Assembly: GCA_965215505.1 (NCBI GenBank)
Contig: OZ244065.1
Location: 4,160,001 to 4,224,000, forward strand
DNA from: Capsulimonadaceae bacterium
GTDB taxonomy: Bacteria; Armatimonadota; Armatimonadia; Armatimonadales; Capsulimonadaceae
Length of the DNA: 64,000 bases
Direction of reading: 5' to 3'
Shown: positions 28,746 through 39,096 of the stretch, piece by piece
Layout: every line of letters begins with the position of its first letter
Position numbering within the stretch: the stretch's first letter is position 1
The notes under the pieces: generated by a model
Database searches by the model: none
Told to the model about the DNA's origin: nothing
The model's input: only the letters and a program-made list of their open reading frames with translations
Position numbers and translations under genes: made by a program

Positions 28746-30334
28746 CAACGGGATCAGCAAAAATGACAAAACGAACTTTCAAGACTCTGACGCTTTGCAT
28801 GTACATGGCCTCGCTGCCCCTGACGCTTTCCGTTGGAAGTGCGCGACCGGCCGCAGCGCAGAACGAGACCGTTGCCGCGCCGGCGGCGTCTCCAGATGCG
28901 CCCCGACTGCGCTTTGAAGACCGGGCGCTCCAGGGCACTTTGGGCAAGGCTTATGACGCAGCACTCGACAACTTGCTGCACATCAATACCGTCCCGGACA
29001 CTAAACATGAGCACGACAAGGCCGGTCTGATGGTCACTCCTCCGGGCACTTTCGTTCGGGCGGGTGGCGGCTATGCCGAGCCGTGGACTCGCGATGCGTC
29101 GCTCAACAGTTGGAACGCCGCGTCACTGCTGGAGCCTGTGGTGGCTCAAAACACCTTGTGGGCCGTGTGTCAGAAAACCGACGACGGGCGCATCGTGTTG
29201 CAGCGGGACACTCAGTGGTGGGACAAAGTGATTTGGATCACAGCGGCCTGGAACCACTACAAAGTCACGGGCGACCGGAGGTTCCTCGCCACCTCCTATG
29301 GAGTGGCCCAGGATGAGCTGGCCCTGATGCGCCGCGAGCACTACAGCGGCGCCTATGGCTTGTTCCAGGGGCCGGCCTTCTTTGCCGACGGCATCGCCGG
29401 GTATCCCGTGCCGGAATATGACCCGCAGGTCCACAGCAATTTCGTCCTGGACCACCCGTACACCAAGGACCTGATGGCGCTCAGTACCAACTGCGTGTAT
29501 GTCAGCGCCTACCGCTGCGCCGCGCAGATGGCGCAGCAACTGGGGCGACCGGCGACGGAAGCACAAGACTACAACAAGGCGGCGGACGCGCTCAGGGACG
29601 CCATCAATCGGCGACTGTGGAATCCCCAAAGCGGGACCTACGGCTACTTCATCCACGGCGCGGGGCCACTCGTCGGAAAGCGCGACGAGACCCAGGAAGG
29701 CATCGGGCTGTCTTTCGCCCTCTTGTTCGGCGTGGCCGACGCAAAACAAGCCCGGAGCGTCCTCCTGACGGCGCATCGCAGCCCGCACGGGATCACGACG
29801 CAGTGGCCGCACTTCGCCCGGTTTTCGGACGCGCAGCCGGGCCGCCACAACGTCTCCGTCTGGCCCCTCGTCAACGGGATGTGGGCCTGCGCGGCGGCCC
29901 AGTCGGGTGATGTCGCCCTGTTCGGAGACGAGGCCGAGAATCTGGCGCGGCTCGCCGAGGGCAGCGACAACCACTTTTACGAGATCTACAATTTCCTCAG
30001 CGGCAAGCCCGATGGCGGCTGGCAGGGAGGACATTGGGGACCCCTAGCCGATCAAACGTGGTCCGCCACGGCTTATCTGCGTATGATGTATCAGGGCCTG
30101 TTCGGAATGGACTTCCAGCCGGACGGTCTCCGCTTCGCGCCGAAGCTGCCTGCGGGTTGGGGGGCGGTCGGGCTTCAGGGGGTACACTATCGGGGCGCGA
30201 CGCTTGACCTCGCTCTTGAGGGCAAAGGCACCCGGATCGCTCGCATCATGATTGATGGGAAATCCGACAAGCGCGCGTTCGTCCCGGCGACATGGACAGG
30301 CCCCCACACGTTAACGATCACGATGAAGGAGTAG
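28742..30334 (+). CDS. (alpha/alpha)6-barrel glycoside hydrolase with GH65-C-like tail
   Basis: PWTRDASLNSW, ALSTN, SVWPLVNG, QTWSATAYL, FAPKLPAGW. Start at 28742 or 28763. Confidence 0.78.
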   Translation: MTTGSAKMTKRTFKTLTLCMYMASLPLTLSVGSARPAAAQNETVAAPAASPDAPRLRFEDRALQGTLGKAYDAALDNLLHINTVPDTKHEHDKAGLMVTPPGTFVRAGGGYAEPWTRDASLNSWNAASLLEPVVAQNTLWAVCQKTDDGRIVLQRDTQWWDKVIWITAAWNHYKVTGDRRFLATSYGVAQDELALMRREHYSGAYGLFQGPAFFADGIAGYPVPEYDPQVHSNFVLDHPYTKDLMALSTNCVYVSAYRCAAQMAQQLGRPATEAQDYNKAADALRDAINRRLWNPQSGTYGYFIHGAGPLVGKRDETQEGIGLSFALLFGVADAKQARSVLLTAHRSPHGITTQWPHFARFSDAQPGRHNVSVWPLVNGMWACAAAQSGDVALFGDEAENLARLAEGSDNHFYEIYNFLSGKPDGGWQGGHWGPLADQTWSATAYLRMMYQGLFGMDFQPDGLRFAPKLPAGWGAVGLQGVHYRGATLDLALEGKGTRIARIMIDGKSDKRAFVPATWTGPHTLTITMKE

Positions 30335-30438
30335 CACGAGGTCCCGCTCCCCGGCTCCACGAAAGCTTTTGAGGATGGAAGGTGACGGTGATCCGCGTTG
30401 CCGCGAAATCCTGCATTGCCGCGAAATCTAGAGTAACC

Positions 30439-33400
30439 ATGATAAGAACCCTGGCCGCCCTGCTTCTGCTCGGAGCGCTGCTATTGACCGGCGCTCCGCG
30501 CAGCGCCCGCGCCGACGACGGCATCTTTCCGCCCGCGCCCGCCGCCAAACCTGCCATTGATTTTGATGGGCGCGGCTTCCTGATCCGTGGCAAGCGCACG
30601 CCGATCCTCTCGGCGGGCATGGAGTACGCCCGCGTCCCCCGCGCCCTCTGGCGCGACCGCTTGTTGAGACTCAAGCGCGCCGGGTTCAACTGCGTCGAGA
30701 TGTACACGTTCTGGAACGCGCACGAGCCGCAGGAAGGCAAGTTCGACTTCTCCGGCGACCTGGACCTGGACGCTTACCTGAAGCTCGTCCATGGAATGGG
30801 GATGTACGCCATCTGCCGCGTCGGGCCGTACTACTGCGCCGAGTGGGACGGCGGCGGCTACCCTGTGTGGCTGCGCTTCAAGCCCGGCGCGCACGTCCGC
30901 ACGGACGACCCGAAGTTTCTGGCCGCCATGGACCCGTTCTTCGACAAGCTCCTGCCCATCGTGGCCGCCAACCAGATCAATCACGGGGGCGCGGTCGTCC
31001 TGGTCCAGTTGGAGAACGAACACCTGGCCGGCGGCGGGCGCGACCTGCCCAACGCCTACTTCAAGCACCTCCAGGCGAAAGCCCTTAGGCTGGGGATCGA
31101 GGTGCCCTACTTTTTCAGCGGCCTGCACCACGGCGGCGACCCCGCCGGGAATCGGTCCTGGGACAGCGTGGGGCGCACCAACCCGTGGATGACGACCGAG
31201 TTCTGGAGCGTCAACTTCGACCGCTACGGCGCAGGCCCGAAGGACGCGGACACCTACGAGCGCCGGACGTGGAAGATCTTCGCCTTCGGCGGCAACGGCT
31301 ACAACGACTACATGGCGCACGGCGGCACGAATTTCGGCTACACCAACAACGATGAGAACGCCGCCTCCTACGACTACGGCTCGGCGATCGGCCAGGCGGG
31401 CGATTTGCGCCCGACGTATTACCGCTACAAGCGCATCAACAGGTTCGTCCTGTCCTTCCCGGAGATCATGGAAGACAGCGTCAACGCCGACCAAGACTTT
31501 GCGAATGTCGCCACCGATCCGGCGATCCATGTCACCGCCCGGCGCAGTCCCGGCGGCGATGCCGTCTTCCTGGACAACCCCGGCGCGGCGAGCGTCAAAA
31601 CGCAGATCAAAGGCCCCGGCGGCCAGCTTTTCCCAGCGTCCGGGCCGATGACGCTGCCGCCCGGCCAGATCGTGCCGGTCGTGGAAGGCGCGGCGCTCAC
31701 CCCGCACATCACACTGACTTTGGGCGCGACTCGGATTTTGGGGACGACGACCGAGGGCGCGACCACGACGCTGATCGTCTACGGGCTGCCGGGCGATCCG
31801 GGCCAGCTGCGGCTTTCGGCCCCGGCGGGCGCACAGACGCAGGGCGCGGCAGGCGCGTGGAAGCCCGCCCCTGGCGATCTGGGTCTTGATCACGGCGTCT
31901 ATGATCTGGCGCTGTCTTACCCGGCAGACCGCCCGGCGGAATACACGCTGAAGACCGGCGGGGAGACGCTGCGGGTCCTGGCGATGAGCGACACGCTCGC
32001 CGACCACACCTGGCTTGTTCCCGTCGGCGCACAAACAGCCATCGTCTGCGGCCCCGCGTATGTCGGCGACGTTTCGGCCGTCGGCGGCAGTCTGCGCCTG
32101 ACGAGCGAACTGGGCCTGAGCGCCGCAAACGGCCTTTCGCCGTACCCATATGCCGCAGCGTCGCCCGCGCTGGTCTACGGCCTGGGCAGGGACGGCGCGG
32201 CGCTGACCGCCCGAACGCCGCCGGCTCCAGCCACGGCTCCCGCACTGACCGGGTGGGCGACGCAGTCCGTCACCGAAGCCGCGCCGGAGTACGCCGACAC
32301 GCGCTGGCTCGCGACCCAGGACCCGCTGCCGATGGGCGCGGACGGCGATGCGAGCGCCTACGCCTGGTATCGCGTCGCGATCCACGCCGCCGATGCCGGC
32401 GACTACGCGCTGTCGTTCGCAGGCGCGAATGACCGCGTCATCCCGTTCCTGGACGGCGTCCGCCTCCCCAACCCCGGCCTGCATCACAGCGTCGTCACCC
32501 TGCCGCTGACTCCCGGCGATCATACGGTCGCGATCCTGGCGGCCCACTACGGGCGGGCCAAACTGTTCGGCTACACCGGTGCGCTCGACGCCATTGACAT
32601 CAAGGGCCTGGTCGGCCCAGCCCGGCTCGGCGTCACCGACGGCCCCGGCGTCGCGCTCACTGATTGGCGTGTGGTCATGGCCCCAAACGAGAACCAAACG
32701 ACGCCTCCCGCCCCTGACGCGCCCGGCTGGGCCGCCGTCAAGATCGGCGACGACCCGTTCCACGGCAGCAAAGGCGTCGCCTGGTTCCAGACGACCCTCC
32801 CGGCGAACCGGCTCAAGAGCGGGATGGCGCGCTTTGTCCTGCACTTCGAGAGCGTGGACGACGTCGGCACGATCTTCGTCAACGGCAAACAGGTCGCCCG
32901 CCACGAAGGCTGGAACGAGGCGTTTGACGCCCCCATTGACGCCGCGCTCGCGGGCGCGCAGCCGGTCATCGTTTCGGTGCTGGTGAACAACCTGGACAAC
33001 GCCGGAGGACTGGACAAGCCGGTGACGCTGCTCTCGTACCGCTCCGACGCGCCCGCGACCGGCTGGAAGATGCGCGGCGGCATCGAGCCGGGCCTGTCCG
33101 CGACGGCCTGGAAGCCGCTCCCGGCGGGGACCCTGGACGGCGCCCCGCGCTTCTTCCGCGCGACCTTCACCGCCGCGCCGCTCCCGGCGGTCGGCCCGCA
33201 CCCGATCCTGCGCGTGGTCACCGGCCCGCTCTCCGCCGGCTTCGTCTGGCTCAACGGCCATAACCTCGGCCGCTACCCGGAGAAGGTCCCGGTCAACGGC
33301 CTGTACCTGCCCGAATGCTGGCTCCGGCCCGGCCGGAACACGATCGTCATCTTCGACGAGGACGGCAGGCGCCCGGACGGCGTCACTCTCACCGTCGAGG

Positions 33401-33465
33401 CCCCCGCCAGCCGCACCGTGACCACGATGGCAGCAAACGAAACAAAACTTTCGCATTTGAGGTAA
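30439..33465 (+). CDS. GH35 beta-galactosidase
   Basis: MEYARVPRALWRDRL, FWNAHEP, RVGPYYCAEW, VQLENE, YMAHGGTNFG, SYDY, WLNGHNLGRY. Confidence 0.92.
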   Translation: MIRTLAALLLLGALLLTGAPRSARADDGIFPPAPAAKPAIDFDGRGFLIRGKRTPILSAGMEYARVPRALWRDRLLRLKRAGFNCVEMYTFWNAHEPQEGKFDFSGDLDLDAYLKLVHGMGMYAICRVGPYYCAEWDGGGYPVWLRFKPGAHVRTDDPKFLAAMDPFFDKLLPIVAANQINHGGAVVLVQLENEHLAGGGRDLPNAYFKHLQAKALRLGIEVPYFFSGLHHGGDPAGNRSWDSVGRTNPWMTTEFWSVNFDRYGAGPKDADTYERRTWKIFAFGGNGYNDYMAHGGTNFGYTNNDENAASYDYGSAIGQAGDLRPTYYRYKRINRFVLSFPEIMEDSVNADQDFANVATDPAIHVTARRSPGGDAVFLDNPGAASVKTQIKGPGGQLFPASGPMTLPPGQIVPVVEGAALTPHITLTLGATRILGTTTEGATTTLIVYGLPGDPGQLRLSAPAGAQTQGAAGAWKPAPGDLGLDHGVYDLALSYPADRPAEYTLKTGGETLRVLAMSDTLADHTWLVPVGAQTAIVCGPAYVGDVSAVGGSLRLTSELGLSAANGLSPYPYAAASPALVYGLGRDGAALTARTPPAPATAPALTGWATQSVTEAAPEYADTRWLATQDPLPMGADGDASAYAWYRVAIHAADAGDYALSFAGANDRVIPFLDGVRLPNPGLHHSVVTLPLTPGDHTVAILAAHYGRAKLFGYTGALDAIDIKGLVGPARLGVTDGPGVALTDWRVVMAPNENQTTPPAPDAPGWAAVKIGDDPFHGSKGVAWFQTTLPANRLKSGMARFVLHFESVDDVGTIFVNGKQVARHEGWNEAFDAPIDAALAGAQPVIVSVLVNNLDNAGGLDKPVTLLSYRSDAPATGWKMRGGIEPGLSATAWKPLPAGTLDGAPRFFRATFTAAPLPAVGPHPILRVVTGPLSAGFVWLNGHNLGRYPEKVPVNGLYLPECWLRPGRNTIVIFDEDGRRPDGVTLTVEAPASRTVTTMAANETKLSHLR

Positions 33466-33468
33466 CAA

Positions 33469-35043
33469 ATGAGCAAACTAGACACTTCCATTTCTCGCCG
33501 CACCTTGCTGCAATGGACGGCAGGCGCGTCCGCCGCGGCTCTGGCAAGCCGCCTTCCGGCGGCGTGGGGGAAAGCCCCGAAAGGCCGGGCTGCCACGTTC
33601 CAGAACCCGCTGTTCGCCGGCGATTTCTCCGACCCGACGATCTTGCGTGTGGGCGAAGATTTCTACTTTACCCACAACTTCTACCGCTACGCGCCCGCCC
33701 TCGTGGTCTGGCACTCGCGCGATCTGGTGAACTGGACGCCGATCTCCCATGTGCTGAATGACTCCCATAACACCCCCGGAGAAGTCTGGTCGCCCGACTT
33801 TGCCTACCATGAGGGGCGCTACTACATCTACTTCCCGATGGGGGGCATCTATGTCGTCCATGCCGAGCATCCGAGCGGCCCCTGGAGCAAGGCGATTGCC
33901 GTGGGGATCAATGACATTGACCCCGGCCATGTCGTGGGGCCGGACGGCACACGCTACCTGTACACGGCCGGCGGACACGTCACTCAGCTCTCGGCGGACG
34001 GCTTGTCGGCGGTCGGAGAGCGGAAGCAGGTCTACCAGGGCTGGCAGTTCCCCAGCGACTGGAAGACCGAAGGGTTCTGGCTGGAAAGCCCAAAACTGAC
34101 GAAGCGCGGCGATTTTTACTATCTGATCTGCGCGCAAGGCGGCACTGCGGGCCCGCCGACCAGCCACATGTCCGTCGTGGCGCGCTCGACGTCGCCGCTG
34201 GGTCCGTGGGAGAACTCCCCGCATAACCCGCTGATTCACACCTACAGCGCGGACGAGGCTTGGTGGTCCGTGGGGCACGGCACCCTGGTCTCCACGCCCG
34301 ATGACCGCTGGTATTTCGTCTACCACGGCTACCGGAACGGGCTGCAAACGCTGGGACGAAACACGCTGATGGAGCCGATCGAGTGGACGCCCGACGGCTG
34401 GCCGCGCGCCCCGCTCGGCGCAAAACGCGGCGATCCGATGCCCGCGCCGATGGGCGTGGCGCAGCGCCCGATGATCCCCCTGTCGGACGATTTCCGCGCG
34501 CCGAATCTCAAGCCGACCTGGGGCGCGTGGGACGAAGCCGACTTGAGCCGTTTCCAGGTGGGACACGGCGCGCTTGTGATGCGCGCCAAAGCCGACGTGC
34601 CCGGCCACAGTTCGCCCCTGACCGTGATGGCGCGTGACGCGAACTATCTGGTGCAGGTCGTGGCGACGGCGGACCCCGGAAGCAGCGCGGCGATCGGCCT
34701 GTTTTACAGCCCGAACCACTGGCTGTTCTCCGAGATCGGCAGCAGCGGAATCCGCGTCTATGGGGACAAGCAAACTCTGGCGAGCAGCCCGTGGAAGGGA
34801 AACACAGCGCACTTGAGGATTGTCAACCGCCACAATCGAGTCGAATTCTTGGCCAGTGAGGACGGGCACACATGGAAGAGCCTGGCTGCCAATGTCGACA
34901 CGTCGGGATACGTCACAAGTTCACTGGGCGGGTTTGAGGCTCTGCGCCCGGCGCTGGCGGCGACCGGCGCGGGGACAGTCCGCTTCACCGATTTCGTGTA
35001 TCAATCACTGCCTACGGAGCGAGCGGGAACGGCAGCAAAGTAA
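33469..35043 (+). CDS. GH43 xylosidase/arabinosidase, Tat-exported
   Basis: SRRTLL Tat motif; FSDPTI, WSPD, IDPG, LESPK, GHGTLV. Confidence 0.92.
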   Translation: MSKLDTSISRRTLLQWTAGASAAALASRLPAAWGKAPKGRAATFQNPLFAGDFSDPTILRVGEDFYFTHNFYRYAPALVVWHSRDLVNWTPISHVLNDSHNTPGEVWSPDFAYHEGRYYIYFPMGGIYVVHAEHPSGPWSKAIAVGINDIDPGHVVGPDGTRYLYTAGGHVTQLSADGLSAVGERKQVYQGWQFPSDWKTEGFWLESPKLTKRGDFYYLICAQGGTAGPPTSHMSVVARSTSPLGPWENSPHNPLIHTYSADEAWWSVGHGTLVSTPDDRWYFVYHGYRNGLQTLGRNTLMEPIEWTPDGWPRAPLGAKRGDPMPAPMGVAQRPMIPLSDDFRAPNLKPTWGAWDEADLSRFQVGHGALVMRAKADVPGHSSPLTVMARDANYLVQVVATADPGSSAAIGLFYSPNHWLFSEIGSSGIRVYGDKQTLASSPWKGNTAHLRIVNRHNRVEFLASEDGHTWKSLAANVDTSGYVTSSLGGFEALRPALAATGAGTVRFTDFVYQSLPTERAGTAAK

Positions 35044-35070
35044 CCCGTTTCCGATACCTTAGAGAATGTT

Positions 35071-36045
35071 ATGTCTTCTGTTTTCTTGGCGCCATTCGCC
35101 CCGAACCGCCCGCACCCGGCATCTGTCACGGGAAAATCGCTGACTGTTAAATCGCTGACTGTCCTGGCAGTCGCTGCCGCTTTGACCGCGATTTCTGTTC
35201 CTGCCTTTGCCCAGGGGCGTGCGAAGGCGCTGGAGTCCTTGCGCGTCCCTGGTGATGGCCGCGCCGTCAGCTTCAAGATCTCGCTTGACTCGGGGGAATT
35301 GTTCCTGCTCAAAGCCATCGGCAGCGTCAAAGTCGGCGGCGACACCATTGACGCCGAGTACGGCGGCTTCAATGCCGGGACGCCCGGCCAGGATGTGGTG
35401 CGCGGCACGGACGTGGGCGTGGATGTAGGGATTACCAGCCGGAACGTCCCGGCGGGCGCCATGCCGGAGCGAAGACACTGGTTCGGCAGCTACCGCCCGG
35501 ACCACACATATGACATGATCGTCAGCGGCACGGGGCACCCGCTGACGCTCCACCTCCTCTCGAATGGCGGCCGGACGCAGGGCGGCGGGATCACCGTCTC
35601 CGTGTTCCGGCTGTCTCCCGCCCCGCCCGCGCTCCCCGAACCGCTGGAAAGCCTGTCCGTCCCCGTTCTGGACAGGATCGTGCCGACCGCGATGACGACA
35701 CGCCCGACGGACGTGTACCTGCTCCAGGCATCCGGCTCCGGCCGAGTCGGCGGCGGCGGGCTGGGTCAGGGCGATGCCGAATTCATGGACTACAATGCCG
35801 ACGGCACGGGCCAGGTGGATGTCGGCGACTTTCACACCGACTACGGTCTCGGTGTGGATGAGGCCGATCAAAGCGTTTCGCCGCGCCTGCACAAGTGGGG
35901 GCTGTGGCGCAAGGATCACACCTATTATATGCTCTTTGCCGGGACCGGTCGTCCTATCCATTTCTTTTTCTACGACGTCAAAGGCGGCTACGGCGACAAC
36001 TCAAAGACCGACACGCTGACAGTCAAAATCTTCCCGGCCCCGTAA
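35071..36045 (+). CDS. Secreted protein with two tandem lectin-like (possibly LecA/PA-IL-like) domains
   Basis: Internal duplication LESLxVP...LLxAxGS...DAE...TDxG...RxDHTY...GTGxP; C-terminus YGDNSKTDTLTVKI. Confidence 0.6.
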   Translation: MSSVFLAPFAPNRPHPASVTGKSLTVKSLTVLAVAAALTAISVPAFAQGRAKALESLRVPGDGRAVSFKISLDSGELFLLKAIGSVKVGGDTIDAEYGGFNAGTPGQDVVRGTDVGVDVGITSRNVPAGAMPERRHWFGSYRPDHTYDMIVSGTGHPLTLHLLSNGGRTQGGGITVSVFRLSPAPPALPEPLESLSVPVLDRIVPTAMTTRPTDVYLLQASGSGRVGGGGLGQGDAEFMDYNADGTGQVDVGDFHTDYGLGVDEADQSVSPRLHKWGLWRKDHTYYMLFAGTGRPIHFFFYDVKGGYGDNSKTDTLTVKIFPAP

Positions 36046-36248
36046 GAATTTTCGGCAGGGTCGGTGCCGCGCCCATTCTCCGAAGGAGCCGGCCCTAAAC
36101 CTATAATTTCAAGAAATAAGTAGTAGGGCTGAAATAGGTTATATTTAGAAAGTCCCGCCTGTTGAACACGTTTCTTCCAAAAAGGCGAATTTTTGCTCTC
36201 GTGATAATGTAAACCTAATTTCGTCCATGTACTTATATTCACTATTCT

Positions 36249-37949
36249 ATGGAAAAAGCAACAACAAGACGCCAGTTCGTTCAGCAGACCGCAGCGGCGG
36301 CTGGGGCGACATTCTTTGCGAACGCCCACGCGGACGCAAAGCCTGACCGGAGGAGATTTCCGATAAACACTTTCCTTGATCTGCACCGCCCCCCGGATGT
36401 TGTTCGGGTCTTCACCGAGGACGGCGACCAAACTCTCAGTCCTGAGCGCGGCGGGCGCTGGACAGGAACGGATATAGAAGTCGTGACCGCCGTCCGGCCG
36501 GACGGAGTGGCAGTGTCGCTGTCCGCGCCGAAGTCCGCCGCGAAAAGGCTGCACTTGCGCTGGCACGGACGCCAAGACTCGTGTCGCCTGGTACTCGGCG
36601 ACACCTGGGAGCGGGCCTACGGCGATCTTGCCTGGCAGGGGCTTGTCCCAGAGCGCCCCCTGCCCTGGTACTTCGCCGCCTGGGACGGGACGCACACGCA
36701 CGGGTACGGCGTTCGGACCGGCCCCCACGCTTTCTGCTTCTGGCAGACCGACGCAGACGGCATCAGCCTATGGGCCGACGTTCGCAGCGGCGGAGTGGGA
36801 GTGAAGCTGGGGCCGCGTGTGCTGGATGTCTGTACCGTGGTTTCGCGGGCCGGGCAGCCGGGCGAATCGCCGTTTGCGGCGCTGCACAGTTTTTGCCGGC
36901 AGATGTGTCCCAAGCCGCGCCTGCTTTCGCACCCGATCTACGGACACAACGACTGGAACTATGCCTACGGCAGCAACTCGGCGGCCTCGACGCTGGATGT
37001 GACGCACCGGATCGTCGCCCTCGCGCCGCCCGGCCCGAACCGGCCGTACATCGTCATTGATGACGGTTGGGAACCGGCGGGGCCGGGGCATGCCGGTCCC
37101 TGGGACGGCTCGAACAGCAAGTTCCCCGACATGGCCGGCTTGGCGGCGGAGGTTAAAAAAGCCGGGGGGCGGCCCGGTTTGTGGATCCGGCCGACGACGG
37201 CGTGGAATGCCTTGCCGTCGTCCTGGCGGCTGTCCCGCGATCAGGGAACAGTGGACCCGACCGTGCCGGAGGTGCTGCACCAGATCAAATCCGACATGGC
37301 ACGCATTGAGGGCTGGGGCTACGAACTCATCAAGCATGATTTCACCTCGATTGACTTGATGGGGCGCTGGGGCAGCGGGATGGGGGCGACCCTGACCGAC
37401 GATAAATGGACGTTCGCCGAAGGGTCAGGCCGGACGACTGCGGAAATCGTGCTGAGTCTTTACCAGGCGATTCGCGAGGGCGCAGGAAGCGCCGCCGTGC
37501 TGGGCTGCAATACGTTCAGCCACCTGTCTGCTGGCATTTTCGAGGCCCAGCGCATCGGCGATGACACCAGCGGGCGCAATTGGGACCGGACCCGCAAGAT
37601 GGGAATCAACTGCCTCGCCTTCCGGGCCGCACAGGACGGCGCGTTCTACGCGACCGATCCAGACATCGCCGCCGTAACGCATGATGTCCCCTGGGAATTG
37701 ACCCGGCAGTGGCTGGACCTAGTCGCCCGCAGCGGCGCGGTGCTGTTCGTTGCCTTGCAGCCGGACGCCGTCGGGCCGGAGCAAGAAAAGGCGCTCCAAG
37801 CGGCGTTTGTCCACGCCGCCCAGCCGCAGACGCCGGGCGAACCGCTTGACTGGCTGACGACCTCCTGCCCCGAACACTGGCGATTGAATGGACAGGAGAT
37901 ACGCTTCCGTTGGCAGACACCGCAGGGGCCGTCCCCATTCGGGGTTTAA
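36249..37949 (+). CDS. Clan GH-D (GH36/GH27-like) alpha-galactosidase, Tat-exported
   Basis: TRRQFV Tat motif; NDWNY, IDDGW, PGLWIRP, IKHDF, RIGDD. Confidence 0.85.
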   Translation: MEKATTRRQFVQQTAAAAGATFFANAHADAKPDRRRFPINTFLDLHRPPDVVRVFTEDGDQTLSPERGGRWTGTDIEVVTAVRPDGVAVSLSAPKSAAKRLHLRWHGRQDSCRLVLGDTWERAYGDLAWQGLVPERPLPWYFAAWDGTHTHGYGVRTGPHAFCFWQTDADGISLWADVRSGGVGVKLGPRVLDVCTVVSRAGQPGESPFAALHSFCRQMCPKPRLLSHPIYGHNDWNYAYGSNSAASTLDVTHRIVALAPPGPNRPYIVIDDGWEPAGPGHAGPWDGSNSKFPDMAGLAAEVKKAGGRPGLWIRPTTAWNALPSSWRLSRDQGTVDPTVPEVLHQIKSDMARIEGWGYELIKHDFTSIDLMGRWGSGMGATLTDDKWTFAEGSGRTTAEIVLSLYQAIREGAGSAAVLGCNTFSHLSAGIFEAQRIGDDTSGRNWDRTRKMGINCLAFRAAQDGAFYATDPDIAAVTHDVPWELTRQWLDLVARSGAVLFVALQPDAVGPEQEKALQAAFVHAAQPQTPGEPLDWLTTSCPEHWRLNGQEIRFRWQTPQGPSPFGV

Positions 37950-37997
37950 GCAGTCTGGGAACGACCGGCAATATCGTGATCTCAAGAGATAACTTTT

Positions 37998-38945
37998 ATG
38001 ATACTACAATCTCTAATTGTGACGCTCCGGCGTCTCCCCCGCGCAGCGGCCCTGCTCCCGCTCACGGCAGCCCTGCTCGCCCTGCCGTCTCTCCCAGCCT
38101 GCGCCGACAGCGTACTGTTCGTCGGCAACAGCTTCACCTACGCCGCCAACTCGCCCGTCCGATTCTTTCGGAACGAAAGCGTCACCGACATCAACGGCAG
38201 CGGCGTCGGCGGAGTGCCCGCCCTCTTTAAAGCGTTCTCGGCGGAAGCAGGGCGCAGCGACACCGTGAGCCTGGAAACAGCGGGCGGTCAGGGACTGGAC
38301 TGGCACCGGAAGAACAAGGCCGATGTCTTCCGACAGCCCTGGGATACGGTGGTCCTCCAGAGCTACAGCACGCTCGACCAAGCCCATCCCGGCGACCCCG
38401 GTGTTCTCATCCAGGCGACGCAGGACATCGCCGCGCTGCTGACCCGGAGCAATCCAAAAGTCCAAATCCACCTGCTGGCGACCTGGACCCGCGCCGACCT
38501 GACTTACCGGCCTGACGGCCACTGGTCCGGCAAGCCGGTAGACGCGATGGAAAAGGACATCCGGGCGGGCTACGACCGGGCGGCCGCCGCCTGCCCGTCG
38601 GTGAAGGACGTGATCCCGGTCGGTCAGGCGTGGAACCGGGCTATCGAGACGAAGTTTGCCGACGCCGACCCATACGACGGCATTGATGCCGGAAAGATCG
38701 ACCTCTGGTCCTACGACAACTACCACGCCTCGATGTACGGTTATTATTTGGACGCGCTCACGACCTTCGGCGACCTCACCGGCCTCGACCCGCGCTCCCT
38801 GGGGCGCGGCGAATCCTGCGCGGACGCCCTGGGCATTTCCGGCGACCAGGCCGCCGCGATGGAGCAGATCGCCTACGACGAACTGACCGCCGACTCCCAT
38901 CTGCGTCTGAAGCCCTTCACGGTCCACCCGCTCGCCGGTCTGTGA
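37998..38945 (+). CDS. SGNH-type esterase (DUF4886-like)
   Basis: LFVGNSFT, WDTVVLQ, IPVGQAW, DNYHAS. Confidence 0.8.
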   Translation: MILQSLIVTLRRLPRAAALLPLTAALLALPSLPACADSVLFVGNSFTYAANSPVRFFRNESVTDINGSGVGGVPALFKAFSAEAGRSDTVSLETAGGQGLDWHRKNKADVFRQPWDTVVLQSYSTLDQAHPGDPGVLIQATQDIAALLTRSNPKVQIHLLATWTRADLTYRPDGHWSGKPVDAMEKDIRAGYDRAAAACPSVKDVIPVGQAWNRAIETKFADADPYDGIDAGKIDLWSYDNYHASMYGYYLDALTTFGDLTGLDPRSLGRGESCADALGISGDQAAAMEQIAYDELTADSHLRLKPFTVHPLAGL

Positions 38946-39096
38946 CAGGGCAGACACGCGCCCCGCGCCGGGTCTCCCCCGCTTGACGGGCTTCCCCGGA
39001 CGCGGCGGCATGACGCTGGAAGCGTCGGCAGCGACGCCTTGCCTGGAGCATCGCGTGATGGCGGCGAGCGGCATATGTACAGTCTGAGGGGCCACA

